Below the pieces are notes generated by a model. That model worked only from the letters and a program-made list of their open reading frames with translations. It did not search any database and was not told the origin of the DNA. Below are positions 25,046-36,730 of a DNA stretch of 64,000 nucleotides, piece after piece (the stretch's first letter is position 1; every line of letters begins with the position of its first letter). Source of the stretch: an uncultured Clavibacter sp. (GTDB lineage Bacteria > Actinomycetota > Actinomycetes > Nanopelagicales > Nanopelagicaceae); the NCBI GenBank assembly GCA_964430775.1, contig CAYSGG010000001.1, positions 22,162-86,161 of the forward strand. The letters are read 5' to 3'. Made by a program: the position numbers and the translations under genes.

Positions 25046-26941
25046 TTAGCTCTCGAGGTTGGTCTTCTTCGCCTTCGAAGTCTGACGTGCACGCTCGTTC
25101 TGGTCGAAGATGACTTTACGGATGCGCACTGACGTTGGAGTGACTTCTACGCATTCATCTTCGCGGCAGTATTCAAGAGCTTGCTCGAGGTTGAGAATCT
25201 TTGGTGGAATCAACTTCTCGTTCTCATCAGATCCGGACGCGCGCATGTTGGTGAGCTTCTTCTCACGCACAACGTTGACATCCATATCCTCTGGTCGAGA
25301 GTTCTCACCAATGACCATACCTTCATAAACATCTGCACCAACTTGGACAAAGATTATTCCGCGCTCTTGTAATCCGAAGATTGCATACGAGGTTGCAGTA
25401 CCCATACGGTCGGAAACTAAAGATCCAGTGTTTCGAGTACGGAGTTCGCCGTTCCAGGCTTCGTATCCATCAAAGACATGGTGTAGCAAACCGGTACCAC
25501 GAGTTTCAGTAAGGAACTCGGTACGGAATCCGATAAGACCACGTGATGGAACTTTGAAATCCATTCGGATCCAACCGGTGCCGTGATTCACCATCTGTTC
25601 CATACGCCCTTTGCGCAGCGCCATGAGTTGAGTGATGACTCCGAGGTAATCTTCTGGAGCATCGATGGTCAAGCGCTCCATAGGTTCGTGGAGTTTGCCA
25701 TCAACCATCTTGGTAACAACTTGTGGTTTGCCGACAGTAAGTTCGAATCCTTCGCGACGCATCATTTCAACGAGAACTGCGAGTTGAAGTTCGCCACGAC
25801 CTTGAACTTCCCATGTGTCAGGACGTTCGGTTGGGAGGATGCGAAGTGAAACGTTACCGACAAGCTCAGCATCAAGACGATTCTTTACAAGACGCGCAGT
25901 GAGTTTCTTTCCAACGCGACCTGCCAATGGTGATGTGTTGATACCAATTGTCATCGAAATACTTGGCTCATCTACGGTGATAAGTGGCAGCGCATGTGGA
26001 TTTTCCGCATCAGCCAGGGTTTCACCTAGCGTGATGGTCTCGATACCGGCCACCGCGATGATGTCTCCGGGGCCTGCTTCGGTCGCAGGAACACGCTCGA
26101 GGCCTTCGGTAATCATGAGTTCTGAGATCTTTACTTTTTCTTGTGAACCATCGGTCTTGATCCATGTGACCATCTGGCCTTTCTTGATAACGCCTTCATG
26201 TACGCGACAGAGCGCGAGACGACCAAGATATGGAGATGAGTCGAGGTTAGTGACATGCGCTTGAAGCGGAGCGCCTTCATGGAACTTCGGCGCTGGAATT
26301 GTCTTGAAGATGACATCGAATAGCACGTCGAGGTTCTCTGCATCTGGCATTCCACCATCTTGCGGACGATTCAGTGATGCTCGTCCTGCTTTGGCAGAGG
26401 TGTAGACAATTGGGAAGTCAATCTGATCTTCAGTGGCATCAAGATCAAGGAACAATCCATATGCCTCATCGACAACAGCGGCGATACGAGCATCAGGGCG
26501 ATCGACCTTATTAATGATCAAGATAACTGGGAGATTCTTCTGCAGCGCTTTACGAAGAACGAAACGAGTCTGTGGAAGTGGACCTTCGGATGCATCAACG
26601 AGAAGTGCAACGCCATCGACCATTTCGAGGCCGCGCTCTACTTCGCCACCAAAGTCTGCGTGGCCTGGGGTATCGATAATGTTGACGATGGTGTTACCGC
26701 GTTTAACGGCGGTGTTCTTTGCAAGGATTGTGATTCCTTTTTCGCGCTCGAGATCCATGGAATCCATGACGCGGTCTTGTGATTCAGATTGATTTTTGTG
26801 GGCTTCAAAAGCGCCTGATTGCCACAACATTGCATCAACGAGAGTGGTCTTGCCATGATCCACGTGGGCGATAATCGCGATATTTCGTAGCTCATCGCGG
26901 GTCTTCAAAGTTAAGCCATTGAGGTGAGTTGATTTAGACAT
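25046..26941 (-). CDS. typA: translational GTPase TypA/BipA
   Basis: 631 aa. AHVDHGKTT, DTPGHADFGGEV and NKVD G-motifs, with EF-G-like domain order. Confidence 0.92.
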   Translation of the reverse strand: MSKSTHLNGLTLKTRDELRNIAIIAHVDHGKTTLVDAMLWQSGAFEAHKNQSESQDRVMDSMDLEREKGITILAKNTAVKRGNTIVNIIDTPGHADFGGEVERGLEMVDGVALLVDASEGPLPQTRFVLRKALQKNLPVILIINKVDRPDARIAAVVDEAYGLFLDLDATEDQIDFPIVYTSAKAGRASLNRPQDGGMPDAENLDVLFDVIFKTIPAPKFHEGAPLQAHVTNLDSSPYLGRLALCRVHEGVIKKGQMVTWIKTDGSQEKVKISELMITEGLERVPATEAGPGDIIAVAGIETITLGETLADAENPHALPLITVDEPSISMTIGINTSPLAGRVGKKLTARLVKNRLDAELVGNVSLRILPTERPDTWEVQGRGELQLAVLVEMMRREGFELTVGKPQVVTKMVDGKLHEPMERLTIDAPEDYLGVITQLMALRKGRMEQMVNHGTGWIRMDFKVPSRGLIGFRTEFLTETRGTGLLHHVFDGYEAWNGELRTRNTGSLVSDRMGTATSYAIFGLQERGIIFVQVGADVYEGMVIGENSRPEDMDVNVVREKKLTNMRASGSDENEKLIPPKILNLEQALEYCREDECVEVTPTSVRIRKVIFDQNERARQTSKAKKTNLES

Positions 26942-28007
26942 TGAATCTGAACTCCACTACATCGCCGTCACGCATGACGTATTCCTTGCCTTCCATTCGG
27001 ACCTTCCCCTTTGCTCTGGCTTCATTCATCGAGCCCGCAGCAACGAGATCATCAAACGAAACAACTTCGGCTTTGATAAAGCCTTTTTGGAAATCAGTGT
27101 GAATCACGCCAGCGGCCGCAGGTGCGGTATCGCCTTTGTGAATCGTCCACGCTCTAGCTTCTTTCGGGCCAGCAGTCAGATAGGTCTGAAGCCCTAAAGT
27201 CTGGAATCCAACTCGTGCAAGGGTAGCCAGTCCCGGCTCTTCGAGTCCAATTGACTTGAGTAATTCCAGCGCTTCAGCGTCATCGAGTTCACTGAGCTCA
27301 GCTTCAGTCTTCGCATCTAAGAAGATTGCTTCAGCAGGAGCTACTAATTGAGAGAGTTTCTTCCGTAATTCATTATCGGCTAGTTCTGCAGCATCAACAT
27401 TAAATACATAGAGAAAAGGTTTTGCAGTAAGTAGACCGAGTTCCTTGATCAAAGTTAGGTCAACATCAGATTGTGAGAGAACTTTGCCGTCAGCAATAAC
27501 TTTTTCAGCCGCTTTGACCGCTTCGAGGACTGCGCCGCGCTCTTTGTTCTGGCGCGCCTCCTTCTCGATTCGAGGAATAGCTTTTTCAATTGTTTGAAGA
27601 TCTGCGAGTTGAAGCTCGGTGTTGATCGTTTCAATATCACTTGCTGGATCAACGCGGCCATCGACATGTACTACATCGCCATCGCTAAAGACTCGAATCA
27701 CTTGGCAGATTGCATCGCTCTCGCGGATATTGGCAAGAAACTTATTTCCCAGGCCAGCGCCTTCTGATGCGCCTTTGACGATGCCTGCGATATCTACAAA
27801 GGAAACTGCGGCAGGAATGATTTTCTCGGAGCTAAAGATCTTGGCAAGAACCTCGAGTCGAGCATCTGGCACACCGACAACGCCGACGTTCGGCTCAATT
27901 GTGGCGAAGGGGTAGTTGGCAGCCAAGACATTGTTCTTGGTGAGGGCGTTGAAGAGGGTCGACTTTCCGACATTCGGCAGACCGACGATTCCGATAGAGA
28001 GGCTCAC
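26934..28007 (-). CDS. ychF: redox-regulated ATPase YchF
   Basis: [18 protein letters not shown]-loop, C-terminal TGS-like end ([13 protein letters not shown]). 357 aa. Confidence 0.92.
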   Translation of the reverse strand: MSLSIGIVGLPNVGKSTLFNALTKNNVLAANYPFATIEPNVGVVGVPDARLEVLAKIFSSEKIIPAAVSFVDIAGIVKGASEGAGLGNKFLANIRESDAICQVIRVFSDGDVVHVDGRVDPASDIETINTELQLADLQTIEKAIPRIEKEARQNKERGAVLEAVKAAEKVIADGKVLSQSDVDLTLIKELGLLTAKPFLYVFNVDAAELADNELRKKLSQLVAPAEAIFLDAKTEAELSELDDAEALELLKSIGLEEPGLATLARVGFQTLGLQTYLTAGPKEARAWTIHKGDTAPAAAGVIHTDFQKGFIKAEVVSFDDLVAAGSMNEARAKGKVRMEGKEYVMRDGDVVEFRFNV

Positions 28008-28058
28008 AAGGGGTAGAGCCTAACCGTCAATGTCAGTCCTTCCTGCCACGATAAGGCC

Positions 28059-29204
28059 ATGAACGCTGCGGTTTATCTCATCATCGGCCTACTTATTGGG
28101 CTTGCAATTGGCCTTGTGATTGGTGCGCTACGACTCAATAGCGAGAAAGGCAAAGTCGCCCTTCTTAACACCCAGATCGATGCGATGCGTGAGGAAGAAA
28201 ATCGCCTCACAACCTTAAATGAACAACTTCGTACTGTGACCACAGGAATGGCCCAACTCACCACACAAGCTCAAGAGGCTGAACTCAAGCGCACCCGTGC
28301 CGAATCAGAGATGCGTACTCAGATTGAGAATATGAAATTAGGTAATGAGACTCTGCTTCGCGAGACGACGAAGTTAGCGGGAGCGCTCTCTAACTCACAG
28401 ACCCGCGGTAAGTATGGTGAAGCCCAACTTGAAACCCTATTGGAGAATGCCGGGCTGCTCGAAAACGTTCACTTCTTCAAACAGGATTACCGCACTACTG
28501 GTACTGAAATTTCAAAACCCGATATCAAGATCGCTGTTCCTGGTGGCAGCGAGATCTTCATTGACTCAAAGTTCCCATTTGATCGATTTCTTGAAGCCGT
28601 CGTCGAAAAAGATCCCACAGAGCGTGCTCGATTGATGCAAGCACACGCTAAAGACTTACTGGGCCATGTCAATGCATTAGCAAAACGTGGCTATCAAGAG
28701 ACCGGCAACTCCCCTGATTACGTAGTTCTTTTTGCTCCCTTTGAATCAATCTTGAGTGAAGCTCTCGATGTCGAACCCCAACTCCTTCATAAAGCATTCG
28801 AGAAGAACGTCACAATCGCCACTCCCACCACCATGATGGCGTTGCTTCGCACTGTTGCCTACGTCTTTAGCCGCTCCGAGCTCGCGCGTAATGCCCAGGA
28901 AATTCAGGACCTGGCTGGCGAATTGCTAAAAAGAATTGGCAAGGTGCATGGCAAAATCGAAACTCTTGGCGATCGCATTAAGTCCACCGAGCGCGCATTT
29001 AATGACCTCATCAAGAGCGCTGAAGAGAATGTCATCAAGCCCGCACGCAAGATGGTCAAACTCGGTGCACCCTCGACCAGTAAACTCAAAGCTCTTGAAG
29101 ATGTTGATGATGAAGTTCGACAGATCTCACCCAAGGAAATCACATCCCCTGATCTCTTTGATGGCGATGATGACCTAGATGAAAGTGATAACGATGAAAA
29201 GTAA
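28059..29204 (+). CDS. rmuC: DNA recombination protein RmuC
   Basis: N-terminal TM helix, long coiled coil, RmuC core (RGKYGEAQLE, VPGGSEIFIDSKFP, VVLFAPFES). Confidence 0.85.
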   Translation: MNAAVYLIIGLLIGLAIGLVIGALRLNSEKGKVALLNTQIDAMREEENRLTTLNEQLRTVTTGMAQLTTQAQEAELKRTRAESEMRTQIENMKLGNETLLRETTKLAGALSNSQTRGKYGEAQLETLLENAGLLENVHFFKQDYRTTGTEISKPDIKIAVPGGSEIFIDSKFPFDRFLEAVVEKDPTERARLMQAHAKDLLGHVNALAKRGYQETGNSPDYVVLFAPFESILSEALDVEPQLLHKAFEKNVTIATPTTMMALLRTVAYVFSRSELARNAQEIQDLAGELLKRIGKVHGKIETLGDRIKSTERAFNDLIKSAEENVIKPARKMVKLGAPSTSKLKALEDVDDEVRQISPKEITSPDLFDGDDDLDESDNDEK

Positions 29205-29616
29205 TCTTCCTCAACCACCTATAAAAAACCCCATTAAAGGCGCGGGCCTTACCAAGCCCGGAATCGTTATCCTGCAGTTCATCTTCATTACTTTTGTCGC
29301 GATGATTGAGATCTTCTTCCGCTCCAACGTTGGATTCCTAACCGGGCTCGCACTCTGGGCGTCGTATTACGGTGGCCTGGTTTATGGAAGACCCGGCACA
29401 ACATATGTCGCTGTTGTAAATCCACCTCTGGCTTTTGGCGCAGCCGCAATCATCTTGCTTCCCACTGTTGGTGGTTTGTCACTGAGTATCACTCGATTGG
29501 GAGTTGACTTGGTCTCAGGGCTTGCCAGCGTTGCACCATTCTTACTATCTGGCGCGCTCTTTGCTTGGTGGTACTACTTTAAAGAGAATAGAAACTTACT
29601 TTCCCGCAGCGCGTAG
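29194..29616 (+). CDS. integral membrane protein (hypothetical, about 4 TM helices)
   Basis: ATG 29194 overlaps the rmuC stop. The hydrophobic ORF converges on and overlaps the ispH 3' end by 21 nt. Confidence 0.5.
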   Translation: MKSNLPQPPIKNPIKGAGLTKPGIVILQFIFITFVAMIEIFFRSNVGFLTGLALWASYYGGLVYGRPGTTYVAVVNPPLAFGAAAIILLPTVGGLSLSITRLGVDLVSGLASVAPFLLSGALFAWWYYFKENRNLLSRSA

Positions 29617-30549
29617 ATCTTTACGGAGCTCCGGTGGAATCGCAAAGAGAAGATGTTCTTCCATCGCTGTGACAGTCTCAACATCGTCATAACCACGGCG
29701 GGCCAATTCTTCGAGTAAATCCTTTACCAATAACTCTGGAACCGAAGCGCCACTAGATACGCCAATAGTCTCGACGCCCTCAAACCACTCATCCTTGATT
29801 TCGCTCGCGTAATCAATCAAATAGCCAGCCTTCGCGCCGTACTCCAGCGCGACTTCGACAAGACGGACAGAGTTAGAAGAGTTACGAGACCCGACAACAA
29901 GAACTAGATCGGCTTGTGGCGCGATCTGCTTAATCGCAACTTGGCGATTCTGAGTTGCATAACAGATGTCATCTGACGGTGGATCCTGCAAGTTTGGAAA
30001 ACGGTTCTTCAAGATTGCGACTGCGTCGAGAGTTTCATCAACACTTAATGTGGTCTGGGATAACCAGGCAACCGGGCGGTTGGGATCAATCTGGACGTTA
30101 CGCGCTCCATCGAGGCCATCAACGAGTTGGACGTGATCGGGGGCTTCGCCGGCTGTGCCTTCGACTTCCTCGTGGCCTTCGTGACCAATCAGAAGAATCT
30201 GGAGATCATCAGCTGCAAAGCGTCGAGCTTCTTGGTGGACCTTTGTGACAAGTGGGCAGGTTGCATCAATAGTTTTCAGGCTTCGGGCTGCAGCTTCTTG
30301 GTGCACCTTGGGTGAAACTCCATGTGCCGAGAAAATAACGATGGAACCTTCTGGAACCTGGTCAGTCTCATCGACAAAGATCGCGCCCTTCTTCTCAAGG
30401 GAGGAGACCACATGCACGTTATGAACGATCTGCTTGCGAACGTAGACCGGAGCACCATAGAGATCCAGAGCTTTTTCAACGGTGACAACAGCTCTATCAA
30501 CACCGGCGCAATAACCGCGCGGCGCAGCAAGGAGGACTCGTTTAGCCAT
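29596..30549 (-). CDS. ispH: 4-hydroxy-3-methylbut-2-enyl diphosphate reductase
   Basis: [43 protein letters not shown] motifs. Confidence 0.92.
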   Translation of the reverse strand: MAKRVLLAAPRGYCAGVDRAVVTVEKALDLYGAPVYVRKQIVHNVHVVSSLEKKGAIFVDETDQVPEGSIVIFSAHGVSPKVHQEAAARSLKTIDATCPLVTKVHQEARRFAADDLQILLIGHEGHEEVEGTAGEAPDHVQLVDGLDGARNVQIDPNRPVAWLSQTTLSVDETLDAVAILKNRFPNLQDPPSDDICYATQNRQVAIKQIAPQADLVLVVGSRNSSNSVRLVEVALEYGAKAGYLIDYASEIKDEWFEGVETIGVSSGASVPELLVKDLLEELARRGYDDVETVTAMEEHLLFAIPPELRKDLRAAGK

Positions 30550-30574
30550 GTGTGCATCCTATTAGCATTACGCC

Positions 30575-31801
30575 GTGCTCGAAACTTCAAGCGAAAAGCC
30601 GGTACCAGTCCGCGTTGTTTCAGAGGCAATTAGTGATTACATCAATCGCTTAGGGCAGATCTGGGTCGAAGGCGAAATTGCTCAACTCAACGATCGAGCA
30701 GGTTCGGGCATGGTCTATATGCGTCTGCGTGACCCCAGCGTCGATATGTACCTCGAAGTCACATGTCCGCGAAGTGTTTTTAAAGCGACTACTCCACTCA
30801 GTGAGAACGCTCGCGTTGTCATCCACTCTAAAGTGAATTTCTACACACCTACTGGTCGACTATCTCTCAGTGCAAAAGAGATTCGCCAAGTCGGAGTTGG
30901 AGAATTACTTGCTCGGCTTGAAGCGCTCAAGAAAGTTCTGGCAGCTGAAGGGCTATTTGCCCTCGAGCGAAAGAAGCCACTGCCATTTCTTCCCAACAAA
31001 ATCGGTCTGATCTGTGGTCGCGCCAGCGCTGCCGAGAAAGATGTGAAAGAGAACGCTCGTCGCCGTTGGCCCTCTGTCCGATTCGAAACACGAGAAGTGG
31101 CGGTTCAAGGCGCTGATGCGGTCATTCAAGTTTCTGCCGCTCTCCGCGAACTCGATGCAGATCCCGAAGTAGATGTCATCATCATTACCCGTGGTGGAGG
31201 TTCCTTTGAAGATCTCTTGCCGTTCTCAGATGAGGGATTAGTCCGCTTAGCTGCCTCGTGTACTAAGCCAATTGTCAGCGCAATTGGACATGAGCAAGAC
31301 ACTCCACTTCTTGATCTCGTCGCAGATCTTCGCGCCTCAACACCGACAGATGCCGCCAAGAGAGTTGTGCCAGATTTTCACGAAGAACAGAGCAAAATTC
31401 AGAATTTACGTGATCGCGCAGATCGCAAAGTAAATGACCTCGTCGTTCTTGAAATGACCAAGATTGTGAATCTCATTCAACGCCCAGTTATGAGAGATCC
31501 GATTGTCATGGTTACATCGCGCGAAGAGATCATTCGAGGATTTAAGTCCCGCTCCTTTATGAGCATGCACTCACGGTTATTGCGCGCCTACGACGAAGTT
31601 GCACATATTGCAGCTCGAGTACGAACTCTCTCGCCCCAGGCCACCTTGGATCGTGGCTACTCCGTCGTACAGAAGAAGAACGGCTCCATTGTTACCGACC
31701 CTGCAGAACTCATAGCGGGCGAGGAAATCAGGCTCCGCTTGGCTAAAGGTGTGGCGATTGCGACAGCTTCTGGAAATAACCCTCAAAAGAAAAGCGAGTA
31801 G
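30575..31801 (+). CDS. xseA: exodeoxyribonuclease VII large subunit
   Basis: OB-fold N-terminus (IWVEGEIAQL), ITRGGGSFEDL, SAIGHEQDTPL. Confidence 0.88.
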   Translation: MLETSSEKPVPVRVVSEAISDYINRLGQIWVEGEIAQLNDRAGSGMVYMRLRDPSVDMYLEVTCPRSVFKATTPLSENARVVIHSKVNFYTPTGRLSLSAKEIRQVGVGELLARLEALKKVLAAEGLFALERKKPLPFLPNKIGLICGRASAAEKDVKENARRRWPSVRFETREVAVQGADAVIQVSAALRELDADPEVDVIIITRGGGSFEDLLPFSDEGLVRLAASCTKPIVSAIGHEQDTPLLDLVADLRASTPTDAAKRVVPDFHEEQSKIQNLRDRADRKVNDLVVLEMTKIVNLIQRPVMRDPIVMVTSREEIIRGFKSRSFMSMHSRLLRAYDEVAHIAARVRTLSPQATLDRGYSVVQKKNGSIVTDPAELIAGEEIRLRLAKGVAIATASGNNPQKKSE

Positions 31802-31810
31802 ATTACGAAT

Positions 31811-32008
31811 ATGGCCCAGCTCAGTTACGAAGAAGCGCGCGATGAACTCACCAAAGTCGTTGCCACCCTGGAAGCTGGCGGAGTTGGCCTCGAAGAATCA
31901 CTCAAGCTCTGGGAGCGCGGCGAAGAACTCGCCTCAATCTGCCAGCAGTGGCTCGATGGCGCCCGCGCCAAACTTGAAGCGGCAAAGAGCGAAGCAGAAG
32001 CTGAGTAA
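31811..32008 (+). CDS. xseB: exodeoxyribonuclease VII small subunit
   Basis: 65 aa. SYEEARDEL...LE...LEESLKLWERGEEL pattern, immediately downstream of xseA. Confidence 0.88.
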   Translation: MAQLSYEEARDELTKVVATLEAGGVGLEESLKLWERGEELASICQQWLDGARAKLEAAKSEAEAE

Positions 32009-32011
32009 TCC

Positions 32012-33667
32012 ATGCCGGAATTCATCTACGAAGATCTACTTCCGGTAGGCCCTGATAAGACTGAGTATCGCCTCATCAGCACTGAAGGTGTTTCGACATT
32101 CGACGCTGATGGCAGAACCTTTCTCAAAGTCTCCCCTGAAGCTATTCGAAATCTGACCCATGTCGCTCTTCACGATATTTCACACTATTTACGCGCTGAC
32201 CATCTTCAACAATTAGCAAATATTCTTAAGGATCCCGAGAGTTCACCTAACGATCGATTTGTCGCACTTGATCTATTGAAGAACGCGAATATCTCTGCCG
32301 GCGGCGTCCTTCCCATGTGCCAAGACACCGGTACTGCGATTGTCATGGGTAAGAAAGGTCAGCAGGTTCTCACCTCGGAAAAAGATGAAGTCACGATCTC
32401 CCAGGGTATTTACGATGCCTTCACCCAATTGAATCTGAGGTATTCGCAATTAGCTCCCGTCACTACCTGGGAAGAGAAGAACACTGGAAATAATCTCCCC
32501 GCTCAAGTCGAGATCTACTCTGATTACGAGCACGCTGATGAATACAACTTCCTCTTCATCGCCAAGGGTGGCGGCAGCGCAAATAAGTCATTCCTTTATC
32601 AAGAGACCAAAGCGGTCCTCAACCCAGCCGCATTCATGGCATGGCTGGAAGATAAGTTGCGCTCACTCGGCACCGCTGCCTGCCCGCCTTATCACTTAGC
32701 GATTGTCATCGGTGGAACATCTGCCGAATTCACCGCCAAGACTGCCAAGTTGGCTTCTACCAAGTATTTAGATTCTCTACCCACAACGGGAAATGCTAAG
32801 ACTGGTCGCGCCTTTAGAGACCTTGATCTTGAGAAGGAAGTCTTTGCTCTCACTCAAAAGTTAGGCATTGGCGCACAATTCGGCGGTAAGTACTTCTGTC
32901 ACGATGTCCGCGTTGTTCGTCTGCCACGTCACGGCGCCTCGCTACCAATTTCGATTGCTGTTTCGTGTTCTGCTGACCGCCAAGCAAAAGCCAAGATCAC
33001 CAAAGATGGCATCTTCATCGAGAAGTTAGAGACCGAACCCGCTCACTTCCTGCCAGAAACCACCGATGAACATCTCGATGACAATGTAGTCAATATCGAT
33101 CTCAATAAGCCCATGGCTGAGATCTTGTCTGAGCTCTCACAACACCCCGTTAAAACCCGTCTTTCACTATCCGGAACCCTCGTTGTAGCGCGCGATCTAG
33201 CCCACGCAAAATTGAAAGAGCTCGTTGAGTCTGGCAAACCATTGCCGGATTACTTTAAAAAGTATCCGGTGTATTACGCAGGCCCAGCCAAAACACCTGC
33301 CGGATATGCATCAGGTTCATTTGGTCCAACAACTGCAGGTCGTATGGATTCTTATGTCGAATATTTTCAAGCTCTTGGTGGCTCCATGGTGATGCTCGCA
33401 AAAGGAAATCGCTCAAAGCAGGTCACCGATGCTTGTAAGAAAAATGGCGGTTTCTATCTCGGCTCCATTGGCGGACCGGCTGCGCGTTTAGCCCAAGACT
33501 GCATCAAGAAAGTTGAAGTCCTTGATTATGAAGAGCTCGGCATGGAAGCGGTATGGAAGATTGATGTCGAGAACTTCCCCGCCTTTATCGTGGTCGATGA
33601 CAAGGGAAATGATTTCTTTGCTGAGACAAGCAAACCGCTGACTATCTCCACCAAGCCAGAGAACTAA
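32012..33667 (+). CDS. fumA: class I (Fe-S dependent) fumarate hydratase
   Basis: 551 aa. [20 protein letters not shown] and C-terminal GPTTAGRMD motifs of the fused alpha/beta class I enzyme. Confidence 0.85.
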   Translation: MPEFIYEDLLPVGPDKTEYRLISTEGVSTFDADGRTFLKVSPEAIRNLTHVALHDISHYLRADHLQQLANILKDPESSPNDRFVALDLLKNANISAGGVLPMCQDTGTAIVMGKKGQQVLTSEKDEVTISQGIYDAFTQLNLRYSQLAPVTTWEEKNTGNNLPAQVEIYSDYEHADEYNFLFIAKGGGSANKSFLYQETKAVLNPAAFMAWLEDKLRSLGTAACPPYHLAIVIGGTSAEFTAKTAKLASTKYLDSLPTTGNAKTGRAFRDLDLEKEVFALTQKLGIGAQFGGKYFCHDVRVVRLPRHGASLPISIAVSCSADRQAKAKITKDGIFIEKLETEPAHFLPETTDEHLDDNVVNIDLNKPMAEILSELSQHPVKTRLSLSGTLVVARDLAHAKLKELVESGKPLPDYFKKYPVYYAGPAKTPAGYASGSFGPTTAGRMDSYVEYFQALGGSMVMLAKGNRSKQVTDACKKNGGFYLGSIGGPAARLAQDCIKKVEVLDYEELGMEAVWKIDVENFPAFIVVDDKGNDFFAETSKPLTISTKPEN

Positions 33668-33676
33668 ACTGAAAAA

Positions 33677-34252
33677 TTAGTAATAACGTGAGCGCTTGAA
33701 TTTAGCGAGCGCCTTGCACGGAGTCTCATATCGAACATCGATGTAGTGCAGACCCCATTGAATCTGAGTGACAGGGTTGGTACGCCAATCGGTTCCGGTG
33801 ACTTCCATCTTGGTGGCCGGTAGCGCTTGAGGAATTCCATGTGCGCCGGTCCGCTTATTGCGGGCACGGTAGTTCCAGTTACTTTCCTTGGTCCAGAGGG
33901 TGTTGAGGCAGGAGAACTGGTACTTGCCCCAGCCGTATTTCTCCTTGGCCATATCGGCTGCAACAGATCGCGCTCCCTTGGGGGTACGAGCTTGCTCAAC
34001 CTTCTTCATCATGACTGAGACCATCAACATGTCCCATGACAACATCGAGGAGCGATCGCTCATCTCAAGCAGAGTCGGCCAGGTCGGCTCGGTCTCTCCG
34101 GGGATGGCGGCTCTAAGTTCTGCCTCTGTTGCAGGCACCACAGCAAGCTCTACCTCGATGGGCATCGATGGCTGGGCGTATGCGACCTCGACTGAGGAGA
34201 TAAAGAGGGTGGCAAAAGCCATCGCACTCACGACGGATCGTCGCTTCAGCAT
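33677..34252 (-). CDS. secreted lytic-transglycosylase-like cell-wall protein
   Basis: Signal peptide (AMAFATLFISSVEVAYA). C-terminal domain WTKESNWNYRARNKRTGAHGIPQALP...QIQWGLHYI is typical of actinobacterial transglycosylase-like secreted proteins. Confidence 0.6.
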   Translation of the reverse strand: MLKRRSVVSAMAFATLFISSVEVAYAQPSMPIEVELAVVPATEAELRAAIPGETEPTWPTLLEMSDRSSMLSWDMLMVSVMMKKVEQARTPKGARSVAADMAKEKYGWGKYQFSCLNTLWTKESNWNYRARNKRTGAHGIPQALPATKMEVTGTDWRTNPVTQIQWGLHYIDVRYETPCKALAKFKRSRYY

Positions 34253-34477
34253 GGTTCTACCTCCTCTTTCTGATTACTCATAATGAGGTCGTTGTCTGCG
34301 GGGATTGGGTTGAAGGGTGACAAAGCCGAGGGTGAGTCGCAAATTAAACCTTGCGAGTGGCGGAAAAAAAGTGAATCTCACAGGAACTGTGGAGAAGAAA
34401 AGCCCTGTTCAGCCCCTATAAAGTCCGATATATCCCTTTTGTAATAAAACCCTATTTTTTACCGGTCTTGGACCTAT

Positions 34478-35800
34478 CTAGGCGTAGAGCTGTACTGGAT
34501 CTTCCAAGAGCTCAGTCACCAAAGCCGCGATCTGAGATCGCTCAGAGCGGGTGAGGGTCACATGGGCAAAGAGCGGGTGGCCCTTGAGCGACTCAACGAC
34601 GGCGACCACGCCGTCATGGCGACCGACTCGAAGGTTGTCGCGTTGGGCGATGTCATGGGTAAGGACAACCCGAGAACCTTGGCCAATTCGCGATAGCACC
34701 GTCAACAAGACTCCACGCTCCAGTGATTGGGCTTCATCGACGATGACAAATGCATCATGCAGTGAGCGGCCGCGGATGTGGGTCAAAGGAAGAACTTCAA
34801 TCAACCCTCGATCCATGATCTCTTCAATGACTTGGCTTGAAACAACAGCTCCTAAAGTATCGAAGACCGCTTGTGCCCAAGGAGACATCTTCTCCCCTTC
34901 GGTTCCCGGCAAATATCCCAACTCTTGTCCGCCGACTGGATAGAGCGGACGGAAGACAACAATCTTCTTATGGAGTCGACGCTCAAGGACAGCTTCAAGA
35001 CCGGCGCAGAGAGCAAGGGCTGACTTACCGGTGCCTGCACGTCCACCGAGAGAGACGATGCCGATCTCATTGTCGAGCAAAAGATCCAGCGCAATTCTTT
35101 GCTCGGCAGATCTTCCGTGAATTCCAAAAGCGTTCTTATCACCACGGACCAAGACCAAGGACTTATCGGCGGTCACTCGAGCCAGAGCACTGCCTCGTTC
35201 CGAGTGAAGAACAACGCCAGTGTGACATGGAAGATCTTTTGCGACTGGATCATTGACTCTCTCTCCAGCGTAGAGCGCATCAATTACTTTGCTGCCGACG
35301 GTGGCATCAATCATTCCGGTCCAGCCGCTGCTGGGTGCAAGTTCTGCGCGATACTCCTCGGCAGTAATTCCAACAGAGGAAGCTTTGACTCGAAGTGGGA
35401 GATCCTTCGTTACGAGAACAACATCTCTGCCTTCACTCACCAGATTTCGAGCGACCGCCAGAATGCGCGAGTCATTTGTTCCATCACGTAGGAATCCTTG
35501 TGGCAACGATGAAGTGTCAGTGTGATTGAGCTCTACTGAGAGAGTGCCGCCAGAAGCAGTGATTTTCAATGGTTTATCGAGCCTGCCATGGGAGATACGT
35601 AAATCATCGAGTTGGCGCAGGGCCGCGCGGGCGAAGTAACCCAGTTCAGGATGGTCGCGTTTGGTTTCGAGCTCACCAATCACTGCAATCGGAATGATGA
35701 TTTCGTGCTCGTCGAAGCGGAAGAAAGCGGAGGGATCTGCAAGCAGGACGCTGGTATCTAGGACATAAGTCTTGCGTCCATCGGAGCTGCTGCGGGCCAA
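34478..35800 (-). CDS. phoH2: PhoH2: N-terminal PIN domain fused to PhoH-like ATPase
   Basis: PIN start [12 protein letters not shown], Walker [19 protein letters not shown] start preceded by AAGGAG. Confidence 0.82.
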   Translation of the reverse strand: MARSSSDGRKTYVLDTSVLLADPSAFFRFDEHEIIIPIAVIGELETKRDHPELGYFARAALRQLDDLRISHGRLDKPLKITASGGTLSVELNHTDTSSLPQGFLRDGTNDSRILAVARNLVSEGRDVVLVTKDLPLRVKASSVGITAEEYRAELAPSSGWTGMIDATVGSKVIDALYAGERVNDPVAKDLPCHTGVVLHSERGSALARVTADKSLVLVRGDKNAFGIHGRSAEQRIALDLLLDNEIGIVSLGGRAGTGKSALALCAGLEAVLERRLHKKIVVFRPLYPVGGQELGYLPGTEGEKMSPWAQAVFDTLGAVVSSQVIEEIMDRGLIEVLPLTHIRGRSLHDAFVIVDEAQSLERGVLLTVLSRIGQGSRVVLTHDIAQRDNLRVGRHDGVVAVVESLKGHPLFAHVTLTRSERSQIAALVTELLEDPVQLYA

Positions 35801-35941
35801 GTAACTCCTTCTTATTCTGTTTTCCTAGGGCCTACAAACGCCGATAATGATGCGTAATAAGCCGGGGAAGTGACACGAGAAAAAGGTAAGACTTCAATGC
35901 GTTGAAATCACGCGACACGCTCAAGTTGAGGTTGAGGTTTT

Positions 35942-36730
35942 CTATTTACCTAACCGGCGCTCTCGCATTGCGTAAGAACGGAGTGCGCGGAGGAAATCAA
36001 CGCGACGAAAGTCCGGCCAATACGCTTCACAGAAATAGAACTCGGATTGATGGCTCTGCCATAAGAGAAAGCCGCCCAACCTCTGTTCTCCCGAAGTTCT
36101 AATCACTAACTCAGGATCTGGCTGACCAGCTGTGTAGAGATATTGATCGAGGGAGTTCACCGTAAGTTCATCGGCGATTTCGGAGAACTTCTTCCCGCTC
36201 GTGCCTGATTCAATAAGGTACTTTTTAAATGCATCGATAATTTCGAGGCGCCCGCCATAACCGATTGCGACATTGACTGTAATTCCCTCAATGCCTGAAG
36301 TCTTCTCTTCTGCGCTCTTGAGTAGGGCGCAGAGCGGCTCAGGTAATAACTCCAATGAACCAACGGGGCGAATCTTCCAACGACCGGTGGCGCTGAGATC
36401 AGCTACGGTCTCGCCGATGATTGACATTAAGTTCTCTAACTCTTGGGCTCCACGTTTGAGATTGTCGCTCGACAAGAGCCAGAGCGTTACTACATTGATA
36501 TCAGTCTCTTCACACCAATCGAGTAGCTCGATGATCTTCTCGGCGCCTGCGCGATGGCCATGAGAGGAGGAGGTATCTCCGGACTTTGATGGGTTCTCCT
36601 TCGCCCATCTGCGATTGCCATCAAGGATGACCCCGATGTGATGGGGGGTTCGCGATAAATCGAGTTGGGCCATAAGCCGGCGCTCATAAATCGGATAAAG
36701 CGCGGACTTGATGAGAGAGCGCAGCGTCAT
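35942..36730 (-). CDS. cis-prenyltransferase (UppS family; size and context suggest short-chain Z-farnesyl diphosphate synthase)
   Basis: HIGVILDGNRRWA, TLWLLSSDNLKR, RTSGEQRLGGFLLWQ motifs. 262 aa. Confidence 0.85.
   Translation of the reverse strand: MTLRSLIKSALYPIYERRLMAQLDLSRTPHHIGVILDGNRRWAKENPSKSGDTSSSHGHRAGAEKIIELLDWCEETDINVVTLWLLSSDNLKRGAQELENLMSIIGETVADLSATGRWKIRPVGSLELLPEPLCALLKSAEEKTSGIEGITVNVAIGYGGRLEIIDAFKKYLIESGTSGKKFSEIADELTVNSLDQYLYTAGQPDPELVIRTSGEQRLGGFLLWQSHQSEFYFCEAYWPDFRRVDFLRALRSYAMRERRLGK

Noticed and set aside
35925-35939. Short tandem GTTGAG-GTTGAG-GTT near the prenyltransferase stop
   Set aside because: There are only 2.5 copies of a hexamer, with no flanking structure. 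This is consistent with chance.
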